From NCBI GenBank assembly GCA_016871495.1, contig VHDF01000020.1:1-64000 (forward strand): 64,000 nt of DNA. The letters are read 5' to 3'. The stretch comes from Verrucomicrobiota bacterium (lineage in GTDB: Bacteria > Verrucomicrobiota > Verrucomicrobiia > Limisphaerales > VHDF01). A program made the translations under genes and the position numbers. Shown here one piece after another: positions 38,798 to 49,300 of this stretch. The notes below the pieces were generated by a model. That model had not been told where the DNA came from. It did no database searches and saw only the letters and a list, made by a program, of their open reading frames with translations. Numbering within the stretch: position 1 is the stretch's first letter; the number at the start of each line of letters is the position of its first letter.

Positions 38798-40926
38798 GAG
38801 CGGTGAGCGGCCAGGGAGTGCTTTTGGGGTTGCTGGCTTGCACCGCCACATTCGGATGGGCGGACGCGGGGGGGCAGGTGAGATCATTTCGAGCGGATAT
38901 TCTTCCGATCCTGACGAAGGCGGGTTGCAATGCCGGAGCCTGCCACGGTGCGGCGACGGGGCAGGGTGGATTCAAATTGAGCCTTTTGGGGTACGATCCC
39001 GAGGAGGACTATGCCCGCATCACCCGAGAATGGGCCGGACGACGAATCGACGTGCGGCGACCGGAGTCCAGCCTCGTGCTGGCCAAGCCTTCAGGCCAGA
39101 TCGAGCACGAGGGAGGACGCAAATTGCCGAGGCAGTCCGACGGGTATGCTGTCCTTCGGGATTGGATCGCGTTGGGCGCGCCGCTCGGGAATCCGGAGTT
39201 CTTCGTACGTTCCATCGAGGTTGAACCTCGCGAAATCGAGTTCTCGAACACTCGTTCCAATCAGGCGATGAAGGTCACGGCGGTGATGTCCGACCTTTCG
39301 CGCAGAGATGTGACGACTCTGGCGCTGTTCAACTCGAATGACGACGGGCTTGCGGAAGTTTCAAGACACGGTGTGGTGACCGCTCGCGGACGTGGGCTGA
39401 CGAGCATCATGGTGCGGTATGGGGGTGAGGTCGCCGCCGCGCGTGTTTCCTATCCTTTTTCCGAAAGGAGGGGTGGCGCCCGCGATTTTCCCGTATGGAA
39501 CGAGATTGACGAGCATATCGGTGCGGAGTTGCATCGTATGGGGTTGGCGGCGTCACCGCTCAGCCGCCCGGGGGAATTCTTGCGTCGCGTCTATTTGGAT
39601 GTCACCGGCCGCTTGCCAGAACCCCATGAGACCCGGGAGTTTCTGTCCCAGCCCGATTCTCCGGAGCGGCGCCGGCAGGTGGTGGATCGATTGCTGCGGG
39701 CGGAGGCTTTCACGGATTTCTGGACCCTGAAGTTTGCCGACCTGCTTTTATTGGGGGGAAAACCCGAGCACGCCCAAGCTTATCATCGATGGCTGCGCCA
39801 ACAGATTGCCACCCGCGCGCCGTTGGACGCCATCGTGCGGGAGTTGATGACGGCGGAAGGACGGTTGGCCGATCGCGGGCCGGCTAACTTTGCCACGCTT
39901 GCGGTGGATGCGCGGGATTGGTCCGAACATGCCGCACGCATGTTTCTTGGCCTTCAGATCGGCTGCGCGCGTTGTCATGCGCACCCCTCCGATCGCTGGA
40001 CGCAGATGGATTACCACCAATTCGCCGCATTTTTCGCGCGGGTCAACCGTGAGGGTGAAACCGTGGCGGTGGCGTCCCGGGGCGAGGTGGATCATCCCAA
40101 GACCGGCAAGCCGGTGATCCCAAGTCCACTGGGAGTTCGCCCTGACGCCACGAATCTCGTGGAGGACCGGCGGCAAGCGCTGGCGGGATGGATCACGCAC
40201 GCGGATAATCCGTGGTTTGCCCGCTCGTGGGCCAATCGGGTCTGGAAACATTTATTGGGGAGAGGCCTGGTGGAGCCGGTGGACGACCTGCGCCCTACGA
40301 ACCCCCCGACTCACCCAGCCTTGCTTGACGCCTTGGCTCGGGAACTGACGAAGAGCGGATTTGATCTCCGCCATTTGATCCGCTTCATCGCGAGTTCCCG
40401 AACGTATCAGCTCAGCGCCCGTCCGGCGGGGAACAATGCCGCCGACGGCCGGCTTTATTCCCATGCCTTGATGAAGGAACTTTCCGCTCCGGTTTTCGCC
40501 GATGTGGTGGCTCAAGTCACGGGCGTGCCGGACACCTTTGAAGGTTACCCGGAAGGCACCCGCGCGGTTCAGTTGATCTCCCCGTCGGTTCCGTCGGCGG
40601 CGCTGGACGTGCTTGGACGCTGTGCCCGCAAGCGAAGTTGCGAAACGGGAGCTTCAGGATCGGCGGGGCTGGCGCAGGCCCTGCATTTGATCAACGGTTC
40701 CACCATCAATGGCAAGCTAAGGTCCGGCCTTGTGGAGTCGGCCTTGTCCATGGATCCCGGCGTCTGGGTGTATTCCCTTTACGAACGCGCGTTGGCACGT
40801 GCCCCGGAGGAGCAGGAGGCTGGGGCTTGGGTTCGGCTGCTCCGGGACGCTTCAGACCGGCGGAGCGCGGCTGAGGATTTGGTTTGGGCATTGCTCAATT
40901 CCCGGGAATTTGGAATCAATCAATGA
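38794..40926 (+). CDS. PSCyt2 + DUF1549 + DUF1553 (PSD1-type) protein
   Basis: N-terminal KAGCNAGACHG (PSCyt2), an Ig-like segment, DUF1549 (VYLDVTGRLPEPHETREF) and DUF1553 (CARCHAHPSDRWTQMDYHQFAAFF). Confidence 0.85.
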   Translation: MRAVSGQGVLLGLLACTATFGWADAGGQVRSFRADILPILTKAGCNAGACHGAATGQGGFKLSLLGYDPEEDYARITREWAGRRIDVRRPESSLVLAKPSGQIEHEGGRKLPRQSDGYAVLRDWIALGAPLGNPEFFVRSIEVEPREIEFSNTRSNQAMKVTAVMSDLSRRDVTTLALFNSNDDGLAEVSRHGVVTARGRGLTSIMVRYGGEVAAARVSYPFSERRGGARDFPVWNEIDEHIGAELHRMGLAASPLSRPGEFLRRVYLDVTGRLPEPHETREFLSQPDSPERRRQVVDRLLRAEAFTDFWTLKFADLLLLGGKPEHAQAYHRWLRQQIATRAPLDAIVRELMTAEGRLADRGPANFATLAVDARDWSEHAARMFLGLQIGCARCHAHPSDRWTQMDYHQFAAFFARVNREGETVAVASRGEVDHPKTGKPVIPSPLGVRPDATNLVEDRRQALAGWITHADNPWFARSWANRVWKHLLGRGLVEPVDDLRPTNPPTHPALLDALARELTKSGFDLRHLIRFIASSRTYQLSARPAGNNAADGRLYSHALMKELSAPVFADVVAQVTGVPDTFEGYPEGTRAVQLISPSVPSAALDVLGRCARKRSCETGASGSAGLAQALHLINGSTINGKLRSGLVESALSMDPGVWVYSLYERALARAPEEQEAGAWVRLLRDASDRRSAAEDLVWALLNSREFGINQ

Positions 40927-40933
40927 TCGCACC

Positions 40934-42274
40934 ATGAAATCAACCTGGGCAACTTCCGGCTCCCGTTCGTGGCGTTGTGATGGCGTGGCGCGGCGAGATT
41001 TTTTGAAGCTGGGCTCGCTGGGGGCTTTGGGGCTTGGCTTGTCAGACTTTCTCCGGCTCCAAGCCCTTTCGAACCCGGGGTCTGTCCCGAAAGCGAAATC
41101 GTGCATCTTGATCTGGCTCGATGGCGGGCCGAGTCACGTGGACATGTTCGATTTGAAGCCGGATGCGCCGTCTGAAGTCCGCAGCCAGTTCAGGGCGATT
41201 CCGACCACCATCCCCGGCTTGAGCATTTGCGAGCATTTGCCACGGACGGCCAAGGTCATGAAGCACGCGGCGCTTCTGCGCTCCCTGACGCACGAACTGG
41301 GGAATCACGACACCGGCACGCGTTTTTTGCTCACCGGGCATCGTCCGACTCCGGCGCTGGAGTATCCGAGTCTGGGGAGCCTGGTGGCCCATCAGTCGGG
41401 CTTCGCCGGAGCGGTGCCGCCGTACGTAGCGATTCCCGGCGACGCGGTGGGGGGGGATTCCAATGCGGCGCGCGCGGGTTATCTTCCGGGGGCTTTTTCG
41501 GCCTTTAGCGTGGGAAGAGATCCCTCGCGAGTGGATGGTTTAGGGCTGCCTGAGGGTGTGGATTTTTCGAGGAGCGAGCGGAGGCGCGACCTGTTGCGGC
41601 GCATGGATGAGTTCTCGCGCCGGGTCGAGGAAGGCGCGCCGGCGCGGAATCGCGATGCCTTTTACGAGCAAGCCTATCGGTTGTTGGGATCTCCTGAGGC
41701 CAAGAACGCCTTTCTGTTGAATCAAGAGCCCGCGGCCATAAGGGAGCGCTATGGCGGGGGCCATTTGGGTGCCGGATGTTTGCTGGCCCGGCGGATCGTG
41801 GAGGCCGGGGCGCGATTTGTGACGGTGGTCGACACCGGATGGGACACGCATCAACAGATTTTCAAGGAGTTGCCGGACTCCCGGTTTCCTGGAAGCGGCA
41901 AACTTCCCGCCTTGGATCGCGCTTTTGCCTCATTGATTGAGGATTTGCGGGATCGGGGACTGCTTGAAACCACGTTGGTTGTGTTGATGGGTGAATTTGG
42001 GCGCACTCCGAAGCTGAACTCGCTGGGGGGGCGCGATCACTGGCCGCGGGCGGGTTTCGTTTGCCTGGCGGGAGGCGGAGTGCAGGGGGGGCGTGTCATT
42101 GGCGCCACGGATTCCCACGGCGAAGTGCCTTCCGATCGGCCCGTGAGTCCTCCCGACCTGGCTTTCACTCTGCTCTCGCTGCTGGGAGTCGATCCCACCA
42201 AGGAATTGACGACGCCGGCCGGCCGTCCCATGAAGATCCTGAGCGAGGGAGCGGTGATTCGGGAGCTCTTGTAA
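40934..42274 (+). CDS. DUF1501 family protein with a TAT signal
   Basis: ARRDFLKLGSLGALGLG signal, and LMGEFGRTP...DHWP DUF1501 motifs. Confidence 0.85.
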   Translation: MKSTWATSGSRSWRCDGVARRDFLKLGSLGALGLGLSDFLRLQALSNPGSVPKAKSCILIWLDGGPSHVDMFDLKPDAPSEVRSQFRAIPTTIPGLSICEHLPRTAKVMKHAALLRSLTHELGNHDTGTRFLLTGHRPTPALEYPSLGSLVAHQSGFAGAVPPYVAIPGDAVGGDSNAARAGYLPGAFSAFSVGRDPSRVDGLGLPEGVDFSRSERRRDLLRRMDEFSRRVEEGAPARNRDAFYEQAYRLLGSPEAKNAFLLNQEPAAIRERYGGGHLGAGCLLARRIVEAGARFVTVVDTGWDTHQQIFKELPDSRFPGSGKLPALDRAFASLIEDLRDRGLLETTLVVLMGEFGRTPKLNSLGGRDHWPRAGFVCLAGGGVQGGRVIGATDSHGEVPSDRPVSPPDLAFTLLSLLGVDPTKELTTPAGRPMKILSEGAVIRELL

Positions 42275-42297
42275 CGGAAGTTGAGCAGGCCACTCGA

Positions 42298-43335
42298 ATG
42301 GCGGAGGGCGACATCAGTTTGAAGACGACGGCTGGGTCGAGGGGGTGCGCAGCCTTCCTTTGGCTGGGGACGGCATGGTTCCTTCTGAGCAGCATGTGCG
42401 ATTCCGAGGGTTCCGCGGCGAGTCCGACCCAGTCCCGCGTTGCGGTGACCGCGCTCGTTTTTTCGCCGGATGGATCGAGGCTTGTCAGCTCTGGCGCCCG
42501 AGAGTTGGAGATTTGGAGGACGGCGAGTCTGGAGAAGGTTGGGGCGGTTTCATGTGACCTGTCCAAATTCGGTTCCTTGAGGTTTGCACCGAATGGCCGC
42601 GTGCTGGTTGTCGCCGGCGGGGATCCGGGACGACAAGGAACGGTGCGTGTCCTTCGCTGGCCGGAACGGGAATGGATTTCGGAAACGGGCGAACACGGGG
42701 ACGTGGTGCATCGTGCGGAGTGTGATGGGACTGGAACCTCATGGGTCACGGCTTCCGCCGACGGACGCCTCGGGCTTTGGAAGATGAGTGCGGAAGGCAA
42801 ACTGAGTTCGAGTTCCCTGTGGACTGCGCACAAGGGGCCGGTTTTTTCGGCGGTTTTTTTGGGGGAAGGTCGCTGGATCTTATCGGCCGGTGCGGATCGC
42901 TCGCTCAAGGTGTGGCGGAGCGAAGATGGCATGCTGGTGCGATCGCTGAATTATCACACGGAACCGATTCAATCCTTGGAGTTGATGGATCCGGGGGACT
43001 CGGGGCGTGCGGGTGGCGCCCTCTGCGTCACGGCCGGCCAGGATCGGACGCTCCGGGTGTGGCAGCCTGAAATCGGACGGATGGTGCGGATTGTCCGGGG
43101 CCACGAGGGCTCCATCCTTGCGGTGGCTTCGCCCAAGGGCTCCGAGTCCCTTTTTACGGGAGGATCCGAAGGCGTGCTCCGCCGGATTGAGGCTGGCAGC
43201 GATCGCATCATGGGAACGTGGAAGATTCACGACGACTGGATTTTTGCCCTTACGGCCAGTCCCGACGGCAAATGGCTGGCTTCGGGCGACGCTTCGGGGC
43301 GGATTCGGCTCCATGAAATCGAGAAGCTTCCGTGA
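42298..43335 (+). CDS. WD40 repeat protein
   Basis: Repeated WD-like blades (e.g. ...SADGRLGLWK, ...GADRSLKVWR, ...GQDRTLRVWQ). Its TGA overlaps the next gene's ATG (ATGA). Confidence 0.7.
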   Translation: MAEGDISLKTTAGSRGCAAFLWLGTAWFLLSSMCDSEGSAASPTQSRVAVTALVFSPDGSRLVSSGARELEIWRTASLEKVGAVSCDLSKFGSLRFAPNGRVLVVAGGDPGRQGTVRVLRWPEREWISETGEHGDVVHRAECDGTGTSWVTASADGRLGLWKMSAEGKLSSSSLWTAHKGPVFSAVFLGEGRWILSAGADRSLKVWRSEDGMLVRSLNYHTEPIQSLELMDPGDSGRAGGALCVTAGQDRTLRVWQPEIGRMVRIVRGHEGSILAVASPKGSESLFTGGSEGVLRRIEAGSDRIMGTWKIHDDWIFALTASPDGKWLASGDASGRIRLHEIEKLP

Positions 43336-44769
43336 ATGAGACGGATGAGATTCAACGTTTTTCGAGACTTGTGGTGCCGGCTTGCCTGGGTGTTGATTTC
43401 ATGCCAGGGCGGTTTGGGGATGGGAGCGGCGCCGTTTCGTGCGAAATCGGAACCGCTCAACGTGTTGCTCTTGTACGCGGACGACTGGCGTCACGACACG
43501 CTGGGATGTGCCGGTCATCCCGTGGTGAAAACCCCGCACTTGGACCGGTTGGCGAGGGAAGGGGTGCGATTTTCGAGGAACGCGGTCACCACTTCGATTT
43601 GCGGGGTTAGCCGCGCCACGTTGTTTACCGGCCAATGGATGTCACGGCATGGGAACCGCGGCTTCAACGCCTGGCAGACTCCCTGGGAGGAGACATTCCC
43701 CGCCCGATTGCGCGCCGCCGGATATTGGGTGGGTCACGTGGGCAAATGGCATAATGGACGCTTTCCCGCCGAGCGCTTTGATTTCGGAAGGTCCTACGCG
43801 GGCAGGCATTGGATTCAAGAAGCGGACGGATCCCGGATTCATGTCACGAGCAAGAACGAGCGGGATGCTCTCGAGTTCTTGAGGAAGCGGCCGTCGGATC
43901 GTCCTTTTCAGCTGACGGTGGCATTTTTTGCGGCGCACGCGGAGGATGGCCATCCTCAGCAGTTCCTGCCGCAGCCGGAGAGCATGGCGCTCTATCGGGA
44001 GGCGAGGGTGCCGGTGCCCCGGACGATGACGGAGTCCCACTTTTCCCGGCTGCCATCCTTCTTGGGGAACGAGACGAATGAGGGCCGCCGCCGCTGGCGA
44101 TGGCGTTTCGACACCGAGGATCGATACCAGGAATACATGAAGAATTATTATCGACTGGTGACGGAAGTGGACGAGGCCTGTGGGCGCCTGCTGCGAGAGC
44201 TTGAACAACAAGAATTGCTGAACCGCACTTTGGTCGTTTTCACCACTGACAACGGCTATTTGCATGGCGAGCACGGGCTGGCGGACAAATGGTATCCGTT
44301 TGAGGAAAGCATTCGGGTGCCCTTGATTGTGCGCGATCCTCGCCTGGCTCCCGGGCGTCGCGGGCAGGTGAGGGAGGAGTTGACCTTGAATGTTGATCTG
44401 GCGCCCACCTTGCTGGCGGCGGCGGGATTGCCCGCGGCTCCGGGCATGCAGGGCAGGGATTTTGCCCCACTCTATTTGAAACGCCTCGGGCGTCCTGCCT
44501 GGCGGAAGGCCTTTTTTTACGAGCACCCCACGATTCAGAATCGGGATTTCATTCCTGCTTCCCAGGCCTGGGTATCGCGTGAATGGAAATACTGGTTTTG
44601 GCCCGAGTTTCAGCGCGACCAGCTGTTCGACCTGAGGTCCGATCCGGGTGAGGAACGGGACCTGGCGGGGGAGACGTCGCAGGCGAGGCGGCTTTCGCTC
44701 ATTCGAAAGCGATTTGGCCAGTTGAGAGAACAGGCTGGAGCCGCGAGTCAGGCGGATCCCCAGCGCTGA
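43336..44769 (+). CDS. Sulfatase family protein with a variant active-site motif, CGVSR instead of C-x-P-x-R
   Basis: [11 protein letters not shown], and [14 protein letters not shown] matches the sulfatase signature I except that Val replaces Pro. The fold persists throughout (GKWH..., TTDNG...). Confidence 0.75.
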   Translation: MRRMRFNVFRDLWCRLAWVLISCQGGLGMGAAPFRAKSEPLNVLLLYADDWRHDTLGCAGHPVVKTPHLDRLAREGVRFSRNAVTTSICGVSRATLFTGQWMSRHGNRGFNAWQTPWEETFPARLRAAGYWVGHVGKWHNGRFPAERFDFGRSYAGRHWIQEADGSRIHVTSKNERDALEFLRKRPSDRPFQLTVAFFAAHAEDGHPQQFLPQPESMALYREARVPVPRTMTESHFSRLPSFLGNETNEGRRRWRWRFDTEDRYQEYMKNYYRLVTEVDEACGRLLRELEQQELLNRTLVVFTTDNGYLHGEHGLADKWYPFEESIRVPLIVRDPRLAPGRRGQVREELTLNVDLAPTLLAAAGLPAAPGMQGRDFAPLYLKRLGRPAWRKAFFYEHPTIQNRDFIPASQAWVSREWKYWFWPEFQRDQLFDLRSDPGEERDLAGETSQARRLSLIRKRFGQLREQAGAASQADPQR

Positions 44770-44790
44770 GACCCCGTACGAGATCGGGGC

Positions 44791-46263
44791 TTACGTTCCA
44801 CAGAAAGTTTGGTGCGGTGGCGATCCTTCCGGTGGCGGAGTGGTGTATTCATCGGGGAGGGTGGAGTGGTAGTCGAAAGGACTCGCCAGGGTGCGAAGGA
44901 GGGCTCGAACCGGTTCCCAATCGTCGTGTTTCACCGCGGCATCGAGGGCCTTCTCCACGACCCGATTTCTTGGAATGACGCGCGGATTGTGGCTGCGCAT
45001 CAGGGCGATGACTTCCGTCTTGGGCTGGGGTTGGCGCGCAAGCCGGTCTTTCCATCGAGCATGCCACTTGCTGGAACCAAGGTCGCCAAAGGAGAGGCTT
45101 TCCGCAGGCGCGTCTGCAGTTAATGCCGCGAATGTGTTCGTGAAGTCCGCCCTCGCTTTTTCCATCCCGTCGAGCAGGTCTTGGGCGAGAAGAGCGTCGT
45201 CACTCTCCTGCGTAAACAGCCCCAGCTTCGCGCGCATGCCTCGCTGCCAGCATTCTGTGAAAAGGGGGGCGAAACGGTTCAGGATGGACTGGGCGCGGGA
45301 GAGCGCATTCTCCGAGTCCTCGTCAAGGAGGGGCAAAAGAGTTTCCGCCAATCGGGCCAGATTCCATTGCGCGATCGCGGGCTGATTGCCAAAAGCGTAG
45401 CGTCCGCCGTGATCGATCGAGCTGAATACGGCCCGTGGATCATAGCGGTCGAGAAACGCGCACGGGCCGTAATCGATCGTTTCTCCGGAGAGTGCCATGT
45501 TGTCCGTATTCATGACCCCATGGACAAATCCGGCGTTCATCCATTTCGCGAGGAGCGTGGCTTGCCGTTCCATCACCTCTTCGAACAACGACTCCGCCTT
45601 GTTTTCGGAGTCCAGGCGACTGGGGAAGTGCCGTTGAAGAGTGTAGTGGACAAGAATCCGGAGGGTGTCGAAGTCATGGTGGGCGACGACCCACTCGAAC
45701 GTGCCCACGCGGATATGGCTGGAAGCAACGCGGGTGAGCACCGCGCCGGGCAGGGGGCCTTCCTGGCGATAGACGGTTTCGCCCGTCGCGGACACAGCGA
45801 GGCTGCGCGTGGTGGGAATGCCCAGGGCGTGCATGGCCTCGCTGATCAGGAATTCCCGGATCATCGGACCGAGTGCGGCGCGGCCGTCACCGGACCTTGA
45901 AAAGGGTGTGCGACCGGAACCTTTAAGCTGGATGTCGAAGCGATCTCCTTCCGGCGAGATCTGTTCGCCTAGAAGCAGGGCGCGTCCGTCACCCAGTCCG
46001 GTGAAGTTTCCGAATTGGTGTCCTGCATAGGCCTGGGCGAGGGGCAGGGAACCTGGTGGCGCCTCGTTGCCGGCAAAAAGGGCGTCGGTCCCCCGGAGGG
46101 TATCGGGGTCAAGACCCAGGGATTCGGCCAGGCGGGTGTTGAACAGGACGAGCTTGGGCTCCGTTACGGGGGAAAGCCGCCATCGCTGGTGCAAGAGGGG
46201 CGGCAGCGTGGCGTAGGAATTCTCGATCCTCCAGCCGGCATCGGAGGGAGGACGAATGGTCAT
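44791..46263 (-). CDS. selO: Protein adenylyltransferase SelO (YdiU/UPF0061)
   Basis: AGHQFGNFTGLGDGRA, LKGSGRTPFSRSGDGRAALGPMIREFLISEAMHALGIPTT, and HGVMNTDNM. Confidence 0.85.
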   Translation of the reverse strand: MTIRPPSDAGWRIENSYATLPPLLHQRWRLSPVTEPKLVLFNTRLAESLGLDPDTLRGTDALFAGNEAPPGSLPLAQAYAGHQFGNFTGLGDGRALLLGEQISPEGDRFDIQLKGSGRTPFSRSGDGRAALGPMIREFLISEAMHALGIPTTRSLAVSATGETVYRQEGPLPGAVLTRVASSHIRVGTFEWVVAHHDFDTLRILVHYTLQRHFPSRLDSENKAESLFEEVMERQATLLAKWMNAGFVHGVMNTDNMALSGETIDYGPCAFLDRYDPRAVFSSIDHGGRYAFGNQPAIAQWNLARLAETLLPLLDEDSENALSRAQSILNRFAPLFTECWQRGMRAKLGLFTQESDDALLAQDLLDGMEKARADFTNTFAALTADAPAESLSFGDLGSSKWHARWKDRLARQPQPKTEVIALMRSHNPRVIPRNRVVEKALDAAVKHDDWEPVRALLRTLASPFDYHSTLPDEYTTPPPEGSPPHQTFCGT

Positions 46264-46356
46264 GGAACTTCGCACGGCAAAAACTAGCGAGGAAATGCAG
46301 GGTCGGCAATGACAGGGCGGTGCATCCGCAAGTTGTCGGGGCACGCCGATTGGGAG

Positions 46357-49300
46357 CTACTCCTCGGAAGTGACAATCAAAACCCCGCGCATCAGTCGCC
46401 AATGGCCGGGAAAGGTGCAGAGGAAAGGGTAGGAGCCGGGATTTCGGGGTGCTTCGAAGCGCAATTCGGCGCGGCCTTTCGGGTTGACCAAGGGCGTGGC
46501 CGCGAGAATCTGAGGTGAATCTGGCACATAGGCCTTGGCCATGCCCTGAGGATCAGCCGCCATGCGATCGGCCAAGGCTCCGACCTCTTCCCCGGCTCCC
46601 GCCTGCACGAGCACCCAATTGTGGACCATGAGATCGGGATTCTCGAAGACCAAGCGAACTTTCGCGCCCGCCTTGACCCGAAGTTCCTTGGGAGAGAATT
46701 GGAGTCCGGCCGCGGCGCGAACCGTCAAGGCACCGCCTCCCGCCAATTGGGTCTCGGTCCAGGACGAGGCCATGGCCGCGAGATCGGCGGTTTGTCCGGG
46801 CAGAGTGACGGTGGCCAAGCGTTGTCCGACAGGATCGAACAGATACGCCGGCGGCGGACGCCCCTGTAATTTCCGATATTCGATCTCCAGCAAGTTCAAT
46901 CCCGGTTTTAGCTCGAACTGGGCTTGTTGCTCGCTGCTCCATTGGGAATCGTGAGAAAGCACGGTTTCGCCGTTGACACGCACGTCGAGAAAACTGTGCT
47001 TGGTGGACAGGATGGCCGGCTGCGCGGACTCGGAGCGAACCAAGGTTCGAAACACGCCTGGACCTAGCCGTTCGCCCGACGAATCGCTGGTGTCGATGGT
47101 GACGGGTGGACGTCGCGCTTCTTCGCCCAGGAACTGCCAGTAGCGAACACGAGTGTCTGGGGAGGTTTCGAGGACCGGCACGCTGCGGCCTTTCGCGGGT
47201 TTGGTGCCCTGTTTGAGATCTTCGAGCATTCTCAACACATCCGTCTGGGTTGGGCGGAGGGCATGGAGAGCATGCTCAACCTCCGGATGACCTGGACGCA
47301 AATGGGCGACGGCATCGACGACCTCCATTTGGACACGAGGATGCGTGTCGCCTGCCATCGTGTGGAGCCGTTCGACGAGTTGAGGAATGCGGTCGAATTG
47401 ATAACGCGCAAGCCGCACTGCCGCGGCGCGATGGTGGGGCGATGCCGAGCGTTGAAGCCGGTCCAGCAGGGCGGGACGGGTTTCGTGGAAGCTTTCGAGA
47501 ACGAACAAGGCTTCCAGCACCGATTGATCCTCGTCGAGATGGCGGGCTGCCCATGCCTCCACATCGGCGATCACGGCCCGGCCTTGGCGGCGAAGCTCAA
47601 GCCGGGCGTGTTTGCGCACCAGATCCTGCGGATGGCCCAGCAATTCCAGCAGATCGGAGACCGACCCCCCGAGAATGCGGGGCCAATTCGTGACGACCGG
47701 ACGGCCTTGGTGCGTGATTCTCCAGATGCGGCCTTTGACATGGTTCCAGCGCGAGTCTCGCATGGGATGTTGAGCGTGTCCGATGATGGCGCTGCTGAAA
47801 TCGGAGACATAAAGCGCGCCGTCGAAACCGAACTCCACGTCCACAGGACGAAACGCCGCGTTCGTTGAACTGACGAGGTCGAGCCGCCCGCGGGCCCGGG
47901 CCATGCCCTGATTCAAGTCGAACTGGGTCATGGAAACCAGATAGGGTCCGACGCAGGCGGCGGAGGCGATGCCTTGCTGATACTCGGGGGGAAAGTTTGG
48001 ACTCGAAATGCTGGCGGCGGCGCTGCCTTTGCCGTAGCCCAGAATCTTGGCGTGCGCGAAGGGATGATAGATTCCGAGCGGCGTCCACGTGAGCGCCAAT
48101 CCGTCGAGGACCAGTCCATCTCCATACATCTGAAAGATATTGCCCGTTCGGTCGAAGGTGATTTTCCATGGATTGGGCGTAATGCTCTGCCATTCGGATT
48201 CGATGCGGTTCGAGCGCGGGTTGAGGCGGTAGGTGGTGGCGTCCACACCTCGGACGACGCCCCAGGGCGTTTCGAATTGGGATCGATGGAAGACGCCATC
48301 CGAGAACCACACGTTGCCTACCGGGTCGGTGGCGATCATGCCCCCATGGTGAGAATCGGTGAGATCGAGTCCGCGAAGCCGTTCGTGGCGGCGGTCGGCG
48401 CGGCCGTCACCGTCGGTGTCTTCGAGCAGCCAGTGTCGCGATTGTTCAGAAACGAGGACCCCTTCGGAGGTAAACGCGATGCCGTCAAGCGCGTCGAATC
48501 CTTCAGCGAAGACCGTCGATCGGTCGGCTTTTCCGTCCCGATTGGTGTCTTCAAGCACGAGCAGTTTGTCCAATTGCGGCTGGCCTGGAATGGTGTGAGG
48601 AAAGCTGGGCATGGTGACGACCCAAAGCCGTCCACGGGCGTCGAAGGCGATTTGAACCGGTGCGCGCAGGTCGGGAAACTCCTCGTCGGAGGCGAAAAGA
48701 TTGACCCGGTAATCGGGAGCCACTGTGAACTCGGCTTGGGCTTCGGACGCGGACTTGACGACTCCGACGCTGTGAGTGGATCCACCGGAGGGAGGAACGG
48801 GGGGCGGGGCCAGCAGAATTGGGGGTGCGTTGGAGAAACGGGTGGAGGGATTCACGGAAAGTTCATGAACGAGGGCCTCCGCCAGGTCGATGCGGCGGAA
48901 GTAGAGAGGCATCTCGGCGTCGCGTTCTTCCGGTCGTTTGCGCTGGCCGTAGTAGAGAATACCGTTCTTGGGACGGACCGTTTCAGCGACGAAATGGGCG
49001 AGCCGGGCGGCGGCGGGGCGGACTTCATCCAGTCTCTCGGGAGCGATGCGACGAAGCAGCACCGTGTCGAGGCAGGACTCGGCGATGACCCGGGCCATCC
49101 TGCGATTCCCCGCGTCGTTCAAGTGCAATCCGTTCAGGGTCAGTTTGGAGGGACTCGATGAATAGGCGGTTTGGCTGGCACGGAAAAGGTCGATGAACAA
49201 GGCGCGGCGTTGCTCCGCGGTTTGGGCGAGGACCTGACTGTAGCGGGCGAGATCTGCGTTGCGAGTGGAAGCGTCGGGTCCGGTCCAGCCGGGTTCGAGG

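Noticed and set aside
44770-44790. Short hairpin (ccccg...cgggg) between the convergent sulfatase and selO genes, as a possible bidirectional terminator
   Set aside because: The stem is only 5 bp with an 8-nt loop and there is no U-tract. This is too weak to call.
47974-49161. 395-aa plus-strand ORF, and ORFs 47263-47868 and 47597-48310
   Set aside because: They are antisense or off-frame within the 1,150-aa multidomain gene (46357-49809).
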